Below are positions 12,817-25,740 of a stretch of 64,000 nucleotides of DNA, piece by piece. Source of the DNA: Saccostrea cucullata. Lineage: Eukaryota. Numbering within the stretch: position 1 is the stretch's first letter; each line of letters opens with the position of its first letter. The translations under genes and the position numbers were made by a program. The notes beneath the pieces are model-generated. The model was not told the origin of the DNA. It did no database searches and was given only the letters and a program-made list of their open reading frames with translations. The stretch is from contig NW_026937804.1 in NCBI RefSeq assembly GCF_032062105.1, forward strand, positions 372,001-436,000. The letters run 5' to 3'.

Positions 12817-14980
12817 ATGGCGGGTTGGGGAGCAGCTTCCATACCACTGAAAGTCGCCTTAATCGTTCTTTGTCTTGCTCTCGTGGTCTTTATCATTGGG
12901 TTCGCGACCAAAGGATGGGCGGAGACCGAGTATCCCTCGGAGATGGGGGTCATCTCTCGCAGAATTCCTGTCTACGTAGAGCAGGAGCTTGGTCTTTGGA
13001 ATTTTGAAAATTGCATCAAGGCGCGATATGACTATCGATACAGAGACGAAGATCTCCGAAGGTACGGCAGAAATAGGCTCTTCGTGTGTACTACCAATGA
13101 CATCGATCTATTTATTAATGGACTTAGATACTGTGCAGGTAACATTTACTAAATACCTAGATTCGTATAAATTTTCTACATTTAATTTTTATTTATGACG
13201 ATGTTGCGAGGCACGAATAAGCTGTTGCACTATGACATTGCAACGTTTTATCTCGATATTGTTCTATCAGATCCATCGCTATCGCCATCGCACCATCAGC
13301 CTTAAGGACATACGCAATGTCAGAGTTTTTAACTTCATGTATTTGTGAACCTATGTCATTGTAGAGTTTGTGTACATGTCCGTTGCGTATGTCCTACAGG
13401 TACATAGTGCCGGATTGTCTTTTATGGTGACATGACTGTTTTATTTCCCCGCCGGATTGTCTTTTATGGTGACATGCATGACTGTTTTATTTTCCCGCCG
13501 GATTTGTCTTTATGGTGACATGACTGTTTTATTTTCCCGCCGGATTTGTCTGTTATGGTGACATGACTGTTTTATTTTCCCGCCGGATTTGTCTTTTATG
13601 GTGACATGATTGTTTTATTTTCCCGCTAGATTTGTCTTTTTATGGTGACATGACTGTTTTATTTTCCCGCCAGATTTGCCTTTTATGGTGACATGATTGT
13701 TTTATTTTCCCGCCAGATTTGTCTTTTATTGTGACAGGACTGTTTTATTTTCCCGCCGGATTTGTCTTTTATGGTGACATGACTGTTTTATTTTCCCGCC
13801 GGATTTGTCTTTTATGGTGACATGACTATTTTATTTTCCCGCCGGATTTGTCTTTGATGGTGACATGACTGTTTTGTTTTCCCGCCAGATTGGTCTTTTA
13901 TTGTTACATGTCTGTTTTATTTTCCCGCCAGATTGGTCTTTTATTGTTACATGTCTGTTTTATTTTCCCGCCAGATTTGTCTTTTATGGTGACATGCCTG
14001 TTTTATTTTCCCGCCAGATTTGTCTTATTGTGACATGACTATTTTATTTTCCCACAAGATTTGTCTTTATGATGACATGATTGTTTTATTTTCCTGCCAG
14101 ATTGGTCTTTTTATGGTGACATGACTGTTTTATTTTCCCGCCAGATTTGTCTTTTATGGTGACATGATTGTTTTATTATTCCGCCAGATTTGTCTTTTAT
14201 GGTGACAGGACTGTTTTATTTTCCCGCCGGATTTGTCTTTTATGGTGACATGATTGTTTTATTATTCCACCAGATTTGTCTTTTATGGTGACAGGACTGT
14301 TTTATTTTCCCGCCGGATTTGTCTTTTATGGTGACATGACTGTTTTATTTTCCCGCCAGATTTGTCTTTTATGATGACATGACTGTTTTATTTCTCCTAC
14401 AGACTGGTACCGGGCTGTGCAGGCGATGGAGTGTCTTGGGCTGATCCTAATGGTAGCGGCCTTAATTCTGCTCTTCCTCTATTTCTTTGTTGATTCCATT
14501 AAACAGAAGAAATACTTATATATCATCATTGGATTAACATTCGGCGCAGGTGAGGGACAATTACATGTACTTAGTAATTGCTTAGTTGTCTGTTTTTCAG
14601 TTGATAAAATACTTTATATGAAATTATAGTTTAGAAAAGTCTTTGAATTCAACAAGACTGCTGTTAATATGGTAAATCTGCATCACTAATTTAAATAATT
14701 TCTTGATAATTACAATGCACATTATGATTCAGTCCGAACTTAAGAATATCACGAAAAAAATTGTAGATATTAAAGCTATATACCTTGACGATGTTTTTAT
14801 TCTTGTATGATTTCAGTGGTATGCATCGTAATTGGCGTTGCAGTTTACGGGTCTAAAATCAAGGAGATTATTTATGTGTCTTACGTGTACAAACTCGGCT
14901 GGTCCTTTGGCCTGGCCGTTGCTGGCGCCATTTTGGCGTTAGTTGCGGGAATCGCAGAAATTATAGAGCTCCGGAAGTGA
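12817..14980 (+). CDS. PMP22/EMP/claudin-superfamily tetraspan protein, 210 aa
   Basis: Exons 12817-13138, 14403-14549, 14817-14980, phase-1 introns, 633 nt open reading. Four hydrophobic helices with W...GLWxxC...C, DWYRAVQAMEC and LGWSFGLA motifs. AATAAA at 15292. Confidence 0.9.
13409..14402 (+). repeat. 43 bp minisatellite (~23 units) forming the 3' end of intron 1 of the claudin-like gene
   Basis: Unit ATTTGTCTTTTATGGTGACATGACTGTTTTATTTTCCCGCC(A/G)G. The last unit ends in the real acceptor CCTACAG at 14402. Confidence 0.95.
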
Positions 14981-15982
14981 TAGATGTCTGACTTCCGGTC
15001 TCCCGGATGGATCTATTCTGTCTCAGCAGTTCTGAGCAGTTTTGAGAAGAGACAGCTTTATACACCAAAGTTTGACGTGTTGCATGCCAATGTCTTGTAA
15101 GAAAATTCGATGGACGTTAATATAGAATGACTATATCGCATTTGCTGACAATGAATTATGCTTTCAGAGAGCCTTTGTTTTCTTTCAGAATGCCTTTGTT
15201 AATTTAAACATCTATGAGTGTAGTGCTGTATCTAAAGTATGTGTGCATATATTGAAAAATTGTTTTAATTTGTACCCAGAAGTTAAAAGGAAATAAATAA
15301 TTTTAAAAAATATCGGCCTCATTTTGCTTATCTTTGAATCCATCAAATGCTTGCAGAAATCTCAAGAGATGTAGAGAGCACCTTAATTAAATTTTTGATT
15401 TTATTGCTCATTTTATACATTCAGGGATAGTTGCAGAACTGTAGCATCCTGCTGGAGAAAATTCGGACAGATAAAGTATTTTCTGTCCGAATTTTCTCAA
15501 GCAGAGCGCCTGACAAATAGATGACTAGGTACAATTTTTCTCTAGCGTCTGTCTCCATCTGCATAGAAATTCCTCCTCCGGAATCAAGATTTTTTTTCAC
15601 TTGGGGTTCGTCAATTTCGTATTCACAAGAGGAAAATTTGCCGGAAATTAGCAAATCCGTTCTCAGAAGAAGTCATAAATGAATTCGATAAACTACATAA
15701 ATATTATAAAATATTTAATACAAAGCGTGTAACAAAGTCTTTATAAAGCTCATTTTAGATAACTGTGTTTTAATTTATTCTACACCTGTCTAAGCAATAC
15801 TTGTAGTTCCCTTCAGAGGATAAAATTCTTCAGAATCACTTTTAGTTCTATACATGTAATACAGTAAATGGAGGTTAATTGTTCCTATACTGGATTTCAA
15901 AACCTCATTAGAATCCTACAAAGATAAAGTATTTCACAAAAAAATCTTACGACTAAGATTAATTATTGACAACTCTAATTCT

Positions 15983-16700
15983 TATACCCCTGCTTCATAA
16001 GTGGGAGTGTATACAGTGATTGGGATGTCTGTCCATCCTCCATCTGTAACGCTTTTGGGTGCCCATATTTTATCTGCAACAATCTTATACCGATTAAATG
16101 AAATTTAATGAGACTTTCACAGAATCTTTATTACGTAGTGTCAATGTGACCTCCAATTTTAGATATTGATCCGACAAATATTTTGGGTTTCCCATAAAAA
16201 ACATAGACATTGCCATTTTCTCTAAAATACTGGGGAGTATTAAAGGGTATTAATCTTTTATCCGCAGTTCCTCCTACACTACTGAATGCTAGATCTATGT
16301 TCTGTAAGCAATGAGCAAACTAAATTATACCCCAACCTCCCATCAGATTGGCGAAGTCCATGCCATGCTCTGGGAGACCCAAGATAAGTGTCAGATCAAA
16401 ATGTAAAACAGGTGTACAAAGGTATTATGTAATGAGGAAACTGTGAAAGTATCATTAAATTTTATTCAGTGGTAAAGGAGGAATTGTGGATAATAAAGGG
16501 GGTACCCTTCAATATTATAGAAAGAGTAAAAGACAGACGGACATCCCGATCACTATATCCCTTCCACTTTTCAAGCGGGACTATAAAAAATTGATGATAC
16601 TTTCACAGATTACATATTAATGAAATTGTGCATTTCTTATTTTGCATTTGAGCTGATATTTATTTCGGAACTCCCAGAGCATAACATGGACTTCGCCATT
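15983..16700. repeat. Inverted pair of HINE/pearl-like element fragments
   Basis: 15983-16034 is the inverse of 16531-16585 (CCCCGCTT...GTGATCGGGATGTCCGTCTGTC). About 16345-16465 is the inverse of about 16588-16700. Confidence 0.5.
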
Positions 16701-16759
16701 GTAATCATATGGGTATCATTTAGTGAGTTCAGTATTCACATTACCTTTAGATTTTAATT

Positions 16760-17610
16760 GATCCCGAGAAATGGTCGTAAAAGTGTACAAAGTCGTATGT
16801 TCCTTCCAACAAATTTGCTTTGAGTTTTAGGAAATCCACATAACGCCCCGTTTTTAGCAGACCTATTCTTATATTCATATGAAGCAAAATGAACCAAAAT
16901 TTTATACTGTAAAAGAAGAAAACGCTTGCTGTGGCCTTCAACTCGACCTTTAGAAATATCGACGACGTGTTGTCAAATACCAGTGTTTATTTCCATTCAT
17001 ATGTCGATACGACATACGGTGGGCTTGTGAGAAAAGATAAAACAAAGTCTGATACACCTGTTTCATATTTGAATATTTTACTTGAAAAAGACGTTAATGG
17101 TAAACTAGCAGCCAAACTCCATGATAAACGTGACATTAACTTTTCTATCGTCAACTTCCCTTACTTGTGCAGCAGTATACCTTCATCACTTGCATACGGA
17201 GTTGATTCGATGCGTAAGAGCATGTCATACGTATGAACAATTTCTAAAGCGATGTAAATTATTGATAAACATGCAAGTTGATGAAACAAGAATATCAGCA
17301 GTCTCTTGTAAAGTCATCATTTCGCAAGTTCTATGGTCGATACAATGAATTTGTCAGCAAATACAATTTATATCATGGAGTCAAATGCTGACTATGTTTT
17401 TCATCCTGATTGTCGGTAAATATACTGAATTGACGACGGATTTTCCCGTTAATTCCCGATTATGACAAGGAGCACACGGCGGGTGTGACCGGTCGGCAGG
17501 GAATGCTTACTCTTCCATGGCACCTGATTCCACCTCTGATGTTTTGGAGATCCGTGTTCTCTGCTCCTATTTTGTATTGTTTTATGGACTTTTGATCTTG
17601 AATACCGTTC
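16760..17610 (+). mobile_element. Naiad-type Penelope-like RT fragment with inverted 5' piece
   Basis: LADLFLYSYE, AFNSTFRNIDDVLS, LHDKRD, NFPYLCSSIP and the 3' tail on +. MWI..NS and TYDF motifs on - at 16760-16845. Confidence 0.8.
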
Positions 17611-18638
17611 GTTATCTCCACGTGTTTCACTGAATTGTAGAGGGGTGTTTATATTATTGCAAGGAAATCAACTATTTTTATCGCTGTAATCTGGCGAGCT
17701 TTGATAGCAAATTTCTCAACTAACGACAGTAATCTTTTCGAGCTTATTTTCACAGAGAACCAGAACAAACATTATTATATTTAACCATCTCCTTTCCTGC
17801 TAAAAAAAACAATTAACCAAATCAAGGTTGAAATTCTGGTAAGCCATTTGTCCTTATACAAATTATTATGAGCCTTTTCAGAGGAATTTCAAAGATTTAC
17901 GCTAAACATTTCAGCCGTTCCTTGCTCTAACCCTAACCCTATGACTGAGACAACCATTTTAATCCATTTTAATTCAAGTCCCCTTGAGTTTGCTTTATCT
18001 AAAACGTTTTGATATGTTTTAATTTAAATAATCGGGCTATATTCGGCAAACTAGAACAACTGAGACTTGTATTGAATTTGTATAGGCCTTAGAACATCTT
18101 TCTGCTTACACATGCAGCATAGTCTGACCCATATTCATGAAAATCTCTATAGGCTAAGTCTTATTTTAGGTTTTTAGTTATTCATGACCTTTTTTAGCTG
18201 GCTGTTTACAGTTAAATATATCTGATTTTTTTAAGTAAATACTTTTTTAATTTTTTTTTTTTTTGGTCAGAAGTCATCTTCATATTGCCGTCATTTAAAG
18301 AATTATGGCGTCATAAGCATGGAGCAAATTATTGCCAGGGGGTTGACGTTTTTAGCAATTTTTTCATAAATAAAAAAAATCCCTGTATACTCTAGCATAG
18401 GGAAAAATTATTCATAAAGAAAGGTTAAATAAGCCACGTGCCTGAGATCATTTCGTAACAACTGCTTTGGACCAATGCGTGCAGATTTCCATTTTGATTG
18501 AAATTTTGGTGAATTCAGCGATAGTTCGCGAACTTTTTCATCAACTCTCTCATATTGCGTCTCTGCAATTCTTACCTTTTCCGTCGTTAACTGATCACGG
18601 TAACGTAAGTAAACATCTGCTGTTTATTTTTAATTGAA

Positions 18639-21139
18639 CTACAAATGGTAAATTGCAAAAGAATATATGAATGGCAAGCGTACGTAGCCATTATTTTCAT
18701 GAAAAGTCACAGATGTTTCATTTTTGACATCCACACAAGCAAAAACTAATTGTCCGTCCTTTACAAGTTTCTGAGCTAGTGTCCTTGTGACGACACTTCC
18801 CAGTTTGAGCCTTCTGTATTCTGGCTCCACGTGTAACATCCCGACCCCGCCATATTCTAGTTGAAATTCCCAAGCAACAGGTCGGCCGTCCTCAGTTTCG
18901 ATGCAGACTGTAGGTAAATTACGTATCTGATATCGTATCCATTGTCTCAGATCTGCGTATTGTTCAAATTCGTCCCTATAGGGCCATGAGTTGCGTACAT
19001 TTTCCACGTGAGCTTCCTGTAATTCGGATAACTTGAATCCATCCGGAACTTTGCTGAAATGACAAAATAGTTTAATAAATACTAATGGACTTTTAAGAAA
19101 TTATGCTATTAGCAAAACAATTTAATTTTTAAAGCCTCAGACAATGTTCTTTGAATTTTGTTATTTTCAGTTTATTTATTAAATCTATAAATATTTCTTA
19201 CAGAGGAATAATATTATCAGGAGGAAAAGTAAAGACGTATGCACCGTCTTCTCCTCTCTTAATTGGACTGGATTCTGCAGACTTAAATAATTTAATCAAG
19301 GAATCTATCACATCTTTCGTGCAGCCTGAAAATGTAAAATATTAAGCATTACTCTCCGTGAAAATCTATAAAATTGACATATTTTCATAAAATTCAGGAG
19401 TTGCCTGCGTGGCGCAGTGGTTAGAGCGTCTGTTCCAGAGTCGCGAAGTAAGGAGTTTACCTTTACGTCGTGGGTTCAAATCCCACTGTGGGACGTGGTT
19501 ACCGGTATTTCGGACGACACCGTATAAACCAAGGTCCCATGTCGCAGTAGGTTTTGGCACGAAAAAGATACCTCAATGCCCAATGGCCGTTAATGCCAGG
19601 TATTAGACAAAATTTGCAGCTATCCATTGGCGAGTGGTGGCGCCTCCATTTGAGTGAAACATTTCAGAAAGGGATGTTAAACAACAAGCGAACAAACGTA
19701 AAAACTATTTAAATGTTGGGAACAAATATCCCCCGAAGTCCCCTTTTTCGCAAGAAAGAACATTTTCTTTTAATTAGAGAAACAAAATTTCAATAAATAC
19801 CCAGTATAGCCACTGATTTACATAAAACATTGGTTTTTCCTGTAAGGGAAAGATAATATGCACTGCTTTAGATGTGCAATGCTGACTGATAACGCGGTTT
19901 TAAGAGCAAACTGCCTCGCATTTATCAAGTTGAGAAAAAAAGCTACAATAAACAGACAATTATACAGGTGGTTATACATTAAAACGTTGCGTTATTTTTT
20001 TTTAAATTATGATTTTTTTCTGTTCAATTTTTTTATATATAAAGGTGATGCTAACACTGTGGAGGCATCAATCAGGTTCTCTAGGGGTTGACAGAAGTTG
20101 GAATTTTTACAGAAACTGATTGCCCACACCGAAGTCTCTTTTTTCTGTCAAAACAAAGTGTAGAAATTCATTCAAATGTGGATGACATTGAGGTTCAGCA
20201 CTGTTCGTTATTTTACATTTTCCATCTTTAAGGCAATAACAACAGCAGAAAATTATGGTGTGCCTGTTTTAATTGTAGCCACAATCAACAATTTAATGAT
20301 TGTAAGCCTAATATAAATCTATATATGGTTTTTCCTCCAACTAATTGGTGATATTTGCTGATATAGTTAATAACAATATAATATAATTTGGTTTTAATGA
20401 AAAGAATTGAATTTATACGTGATTTAATTAATATGTTGACAAAAGATTGTTACAATAAACAGACAATTATATTTCTAAGGTGGTGGGTATACATTAAAAC
20501 GTTGAATGTTATTTTTTTTTAATTATGATTTTTTTCTGTTTAGTTACCTGCAATGACTAAAGGTGATGCTAACACTGTGGAGGCATGGCGTATCAGGTTC
20601 TCTAGGGGTTGACAGAAGTTGGAATCTTTACAGAAACTGATTGCCCACACCGAAGTCTCTTTTTTCTGTCAAAACAAAGTGTAGAAATTCATTCAAATGT
20701 AGAGGGACATTAAACTAGGATACCGTATATAGGATCAGACATACCTTGCTATCGACAATAACAACAGCAGAAAATTCTGGCCAGCTGTCCACCAGGACTG
20801 TTTTATCAGTCAGTATTCCTCTCCTCAACAATTTTAAGTGATTGTAAGCCTGATAAAAATTATATATGGATAAAATTATTCTCCAACTAATTGGTGATAT
20901 TTGTGATATAGTTAATAACAATATAATATAATTTGGCTTGAATTGAAAAGAATTGAATTTATAGTCGTATTTAATTAATATATCTGACAAAGTCAAGTTT
21001 TTTCCCTTGATAAAAAGAACAAACGAATGAAGTAACAGTAAGCAACAGACATACATACACACAAAGAAACAGGTAAGGCGGTCTCTAATTCCTTCTCTAA
21101 GTTGTCATACTCTGTTGTGTCTAACACCCTAATCGCCAT
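18639..21139 (-). CDS. Glycine N-acyltransferase-like (GLYAT/GNAT) protein, copy 1, intact, 280 aa
   Basis: Exons 21139-21059, 20849-20745, 20665-20548, 19325-19202, 19053-18639 (81/105/118/124/415 nt = 843). Motifs LPVSL, VLVDSWPEFSAVV, LPTVCIETEDGRPVAW, GMLHVEPEYRR, VDxKNETS. Confidence 0.9.
19403..19697 (+). mobile_element. tRNA-derived SINE (MetaSINE-like core) in intron 3 of copy 1
   Basis: A box TGGCGCAGTGG (19410), B box GGTTCAAATCC (19473), core AAACCAAGGTCCCATGTC...GGCACGAAAAAGA, AAC-rich tail. Confidence 0.8.
19945..20445 (-). repeat. Degenerate tandem duplicate of the exon 2-exon 3 region of copy 1
   Basis: Parallels 20452-20990. The exon 3 copy has indels and no donor site; the exon 2 copy is scrambled. 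Confidence 0.8.
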
Positions 21140-21779
21140 TCTATCCATTATTTCAGAACCCATACTGTTGTTCTGGATACAGAATGCAGATGTGGATACC
21201 CAGGCTAACGGTAATTCAATTACTGACACCCCACCCCAGGGGATGAGTCAAACATCGGGGTAAATTTAGTATCTATTTGAATGTCTCCCCACATAAATTA
21301 CTTTTACAAGTGTATGTTTATGAATATATTGTCGATTTTAATACAAGAAAATGCATTTTCTATGCCTTCTTGCAATTTAGGTTATGATATTGCATAAAAC
21401 CATATAAGTCATTTTATCTGCAAATAAGAAAACATCGTGCTTATATAAATACACCAAGAGAAAGAGTCTTCTTCTTGTATGTAACGGTATTTAAATTCAA
21501 TTTGAAATAAATAATTGTTGCAATCAACATCTTATATTAATATTTCCATTCGCCTGACAACTCTATTCTTTTAGTGGGGTTAAAATGTAGGGGGTGGGAT
21601 ATTGCAGCTAAAAGTCCCACAATGATTGAATGCTTTGAGTTGAGTTGTCAGATTTATAGGACCAATGTGTACTATATTCCATTTCATCTAAATTTTGATA
21701 AATTCAGAGATAGTTTGCGATTTTTTCATCACACCTAGTGTATTGTGTTTCTGCAATGTTGTTCTTTTCTATCGTAAAT

Positions 21780-22105
21780 CGGTCACGGTAGTCCAGTGGT
21801 AAAGAATTTGAATCGTGACCGGTGGATAGGTTTAGGAACCTGTTTCCTCTCGGTGCATCAAACCAAACTATGGATAGTGTCTTTGCACTCGCCAAACGCA
21901 CAGCAGACGTAAAAGTCACGATTCTTTCGGAAAAGACATAAAAACCAAGGTCTTGTTCCATGGTGGAGGTTGGCATGATGAGGAAATCTTTGTGTTCAAC
22001 CGCCTTGAGTGCCGAGTTCATATCTACATTTGAAGCCCTTCAAATGTGTATTTTGACGTTTCAATATTAGTGCAACATTCCTGAATGGTACATTAAACAA
22101 AATAA
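21780..22105 (+). mobile_element. Degenerate tRNA-SINE immediately downstream of the copy 2 stop codon
   Basis: GGTAGTCCAGTGGTAAAG head, AAAAACCAAGGTC core, TGACGTTTCAATATTAGTGCAA tail region shared with the intact SINEs. Confidence 0.6.
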
Positions 22106-22137
22106 GGTAAATATCTGTTGTTTGATTATTATTTTAA

Positions 22138-23771
22138 TTACAAATTATAGACTGCAAAAGAATATATCAATGGCAAACGTATGTAGCCATTATTTTCATG
22201 AAAAGTCACAGATGTTTCATTTTTAACATCCACACAAGCAAACACTAATTGCCCCTCCTTTACCAGTTTCTCAGCAAGTGTCCTTGTGACAACACTTCCC
22301 AGTTTGAGCCTTCTGTATTCTGGCTCGACATGTAACATACCGACCCCGCCATATTCCTGTTGAAACTCCCAAGCAACAGGGCGTCCGTCCTCCGCTTCAA
22401 CACAGACTGTTGGTAAAGTTTCAATGTGATAACGTATCCATTGTCTCAGGTTTGCGATTTGTTCAAATTCGTCCCTATAGGGCCATGAGTTGCGTATATT
22501 TTCAACGTGAGCTTCCTGTAATTCGGATAACTTGAATCCATCCGGAACTTTTCTGAAATAATAATTCTTTTTAATACCTGTGTTATTTTACTAAACAATG
22601 TTTGCTAAATGCAAAGCTTATCAATGCTTGAAGCCTTAGACAATGTGCAATAAATATTGTTGTTTTCATTGTATTATAAAATAACTAGGACTATTTCTTA
22701 CAGAGGAAAAATATTATCTGGAGGAAACGTAAAAACGTATGCATTGTCTTCTCCGCTCTGAATTGGACTGGATTCTGCTGACTTATATAGCTCAATTAAG
22801 GAATCTATCACATATTTCGTGCAGCCTGAAAAATAGGAAGATTAATCACAACCCTGTTGATATTAAATCTATAGAAATGATATCTTCTTCATTAAAAAAA
22901 ACTATGGATTTCTTCTATGACAAAATAATGTTACAATAAACAGACAAGTACATATCTAACGCGGTGTGTATTTATTAAAACAGTAGTAGTTATTATCTAT
23001 TCAAATTATGATTTTTTTTCTGTTTAGTTACCTGCAATGACTAAAGGGGATGTTAGCAATGTGGAGGCATGGCGTAGCAGGTTTTCTAGGGGTTGACAGA
23101 AGTTGGAATCTTTACAGAAACTGATTGCCCACCCCGTAGTCTCCTTTTTCTGTCAAAACAGTAGAAAGTGTAGAAATTCATTCCAATTTAGGGGAACTTT
23201 AAACTAGAATACCGTATAAAGGATCAGACATACCTTGCTATCAACAATAACAACAGAAGTAAACTCTGGCCAGGTGTCCACCAGGACTGTTTTGTCAGTC
23301 AGTTTCCCTCTTCTCAATAATTTAAGGTGATTGTAAGCCTTGAATTTCAAATAGGTATAATATCATCCTTCTAACCAGGTAGATAATTGGTCCATATTGG
23401 AAAGTATGATAATAAAAACAGATTTAATAAGCGTATATTGTATTGCTGAAAGTTGTGTTCAAAAAACGGAAATTAATAGTATAGTGCAGTATATCTGACA
23501 AACTGTGTCGATTTCTAAAATTTGCACACGAACGTATTACATGTATGAAATACATCATCTGGTTATTTAAATGGAACATTATCAGTATGATATAGATAGT
23601 TATTTATGAAGTTTCGGTAAGTGTTAAAAAAATACATATGAAAGTTAAAGACTGCAAAATGAAACAATAATAAGCATTAGTCTTACATACAATCAAAGAA
23701 ACAGGTAAGGCAGACTCTAATTCCTTCTCTAACTTGTCATACTCTGTTAGGTCTAACATCCTAACCGCCAT
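22138..23771 (-). CDS. GLYAT-like protein, copy 2, intact
   Basis: Exons 23771-23691, 23338-23234, 23149-23032, 22825-22702, 22552-22138. Same exon sizes as copy 1, no stops. Confidence 0.9.
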
Positions 23772-23861
23772 CTTGTCCTATTATTTCAGACCCGTGGATA
23801 CACGAGTACCCAGTTTACCTGTAATTTACGTTCTAATACACATCTCCTTGGCGTACTATGT

Positions 23862-24236
23862 AGGACTTTTGCGAGTAGCGGTGACTTTCTCAGTTGACAG
23901 CTTACTTTCACACTAGAACAAAGTACGGACGCTCTTTTATTATATAAATATTTAGCTCGATTTTTCAATCAACCAACGTAACGGATTATTTCAAATCATA
24001 AATCAGTTGTCATTGAAGAAAACCACCCTACCCTCAACTCCCGACCTTCACAGGTTAAAAACATTAGAGGCACTACCTTGCCCCTATCAACATTAGGGGT
24101 ACTACCTATGACCACTAGAAATATGTTCTTATCTATAGCTATTACTCGTATCAATTCTGTACCTCTGTACATGACACAGGTGTCAATGTCAAGAAAACCA
24201 TCAACTGTAAAAGTCAGTGCTTCTCGCAAAAGTCCT
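23862..24236. mobile_element. MITE-like element ~90 bp upstream of the copy 2 ATG
   Basis: ~40 bp imperfect TIRs beginning AGGACTTTTGCGAG / CTCGCAAAAGTCCT. Confidence 0.55.
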
Positions 24237-24699
24237 CTAATATCTTAAAATATCTTCACAAGTGAATCACTGTTGTTGGCAAAGGATCCTCCTGAGAAGG
24301 GGAGCGGATCAGAACTACAACGGCTGCTTACATGGGTTATGCATTTTTTCTACAACACCTGCATCATTAATTCTCGAACAAACAACCAAAAAATCAAATT
24401 ATTGTTTAAATATAGTCTATTACGATTCATATAAAATACTTCTAATGGCAAAAAATATTTTATTTGGTCAAGCATCGTTATCTAACAGAGTTTTGACTAT
24501 ACTGAATCTGACAAAATATGTTGGCCTGCAGCAAAATAATGTATACCTTAGTTAAGTCTTAAATTTACTACCTTTGATGAAACGGGCCCGAAACCCGCAT
24601 TAAGCAATTTTGCCGGGGGGGGGGGGGGCACAACCAACTATTTTTAGTCTCTGTAGGCATTATAGAATTAATATCAATGAGGAATTCCAGCAATTCATT

Positions 24700-25560
24700 T
24701 TTGATTTTAACTTCAGCTTACTGGGTAGGGATTAGAACAAGAATGATACTTTACAAAATATGTCGAAGTACCATATTAATATTGCTTGATGTGCTCCCTT
24801 CTCCTGCTAGGGGTAATGATATGTGCCGCTATCTTCTGCATTCAATGCAATTTGGCTTGATCAGTTGTATTTATACCATAGCATTCAGCAATGGTATACT
24901 AGTAGTCGAGACTAGACGTACTATGAGCACAACCTATGGTCATGGAGGCATCCTCCGTAATCATTGGCAGTATGGTTTCAGTGTTCTCAAGTTGGTTGTA
25001 CCATGCAAGACACACGGATGACATTTGCCTTTGCATACTGAGAGACTTATCAAACCATACTCCGAGGTTCTTTACACTGGTTGTCTGACTAAGGATGCTG
25101 TCACTTAAGTTCTAGGTGGTCTTATTCCATGCGAAAGCCACGTCAGATATACCAAAAACCAAGTTCTAGGCGTCTTATAAAAATTATTATGGTCAATATT
25201 AGAAACTGCAGGAAAATCTAATACAGTAAAACGTCTCTAAACCGACCAGCTGCCGGAATGAATAAAATGGCCGGACTAGTACAACAATGTTATGATGAAA
25301 TCTAAATAAAGCTGTTTCAGTAGAGTGACAGGGGCGATATGCTGATATGCTGAAGCTTTCTTGACTCTAAGTGATGATCAATACGTTTACAAACAATGGT
25401 TTTTTTTTGTGGGGGGGATTTGGAGGGAAAGGGTGATTTGTCTCGTTACGGTTCTTATCTGGATCTAAACCAGTTTTCTTGATGAGAGGACAAATGGCAG
25501 CATGTTTAAAGGATGATAGAACAACAGACTGAATAAAGGATTGGTTTATATAATGTCCGT
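24700..25560 (-). mobile_element. L2/CR1-group LINE reverse transcriptase remnant
   Basis: Broken - strand translations SSFKHAAICPLIKKTGLDPD, SAYRPCHSTETAL, NLGVWFDKSLSM and MQKIAAHIITPSRRREHI, in the order expected for L2/CR1 ORF2. Confidence 0.7.
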
Positions 25561-25677
25561 TACCAAAGTACGAAATCTGAATTTTGTCATGTCTCAATAT
25601 TAGTGCAAAATTCTAGATTGGGAGTTAAACATCATGAAATAAATATCTGTCTCTCAAATATGGTAAAAGAAAACAAA

Positions 25678-25740
25678 CTACAGATGGTAAATTGCAACAG
25701 AATATTTGAATGGCAAGCGTATGTAGCCATTATTTTCATG
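25678..25740 (-). pseudogene. Orphan 3' end of a ninth GLYAT-like copy
   Basis: HENNGYIRLPFKYSVAIYHL* with the usual downstream SINE tail. Truncated by a satellite/HINE fragment at 25741. Confidence 0.85.

Noticed and set aside
13409-14402. CRISPR-like array
   Set aside because: Contiguous repeats without unique spacers, eukaryotic intron context, no cas genes.
17927-17941. CTAACCCTAACCCT telomere-like motif
   Set aside because: Only about two units; expected by chance or from a repeat.
19403-19490. Possible tRNA gene
   Set aside because: A and B boxes are present but there is no proper cloverleaf, and it continues into a SINE core and tail.
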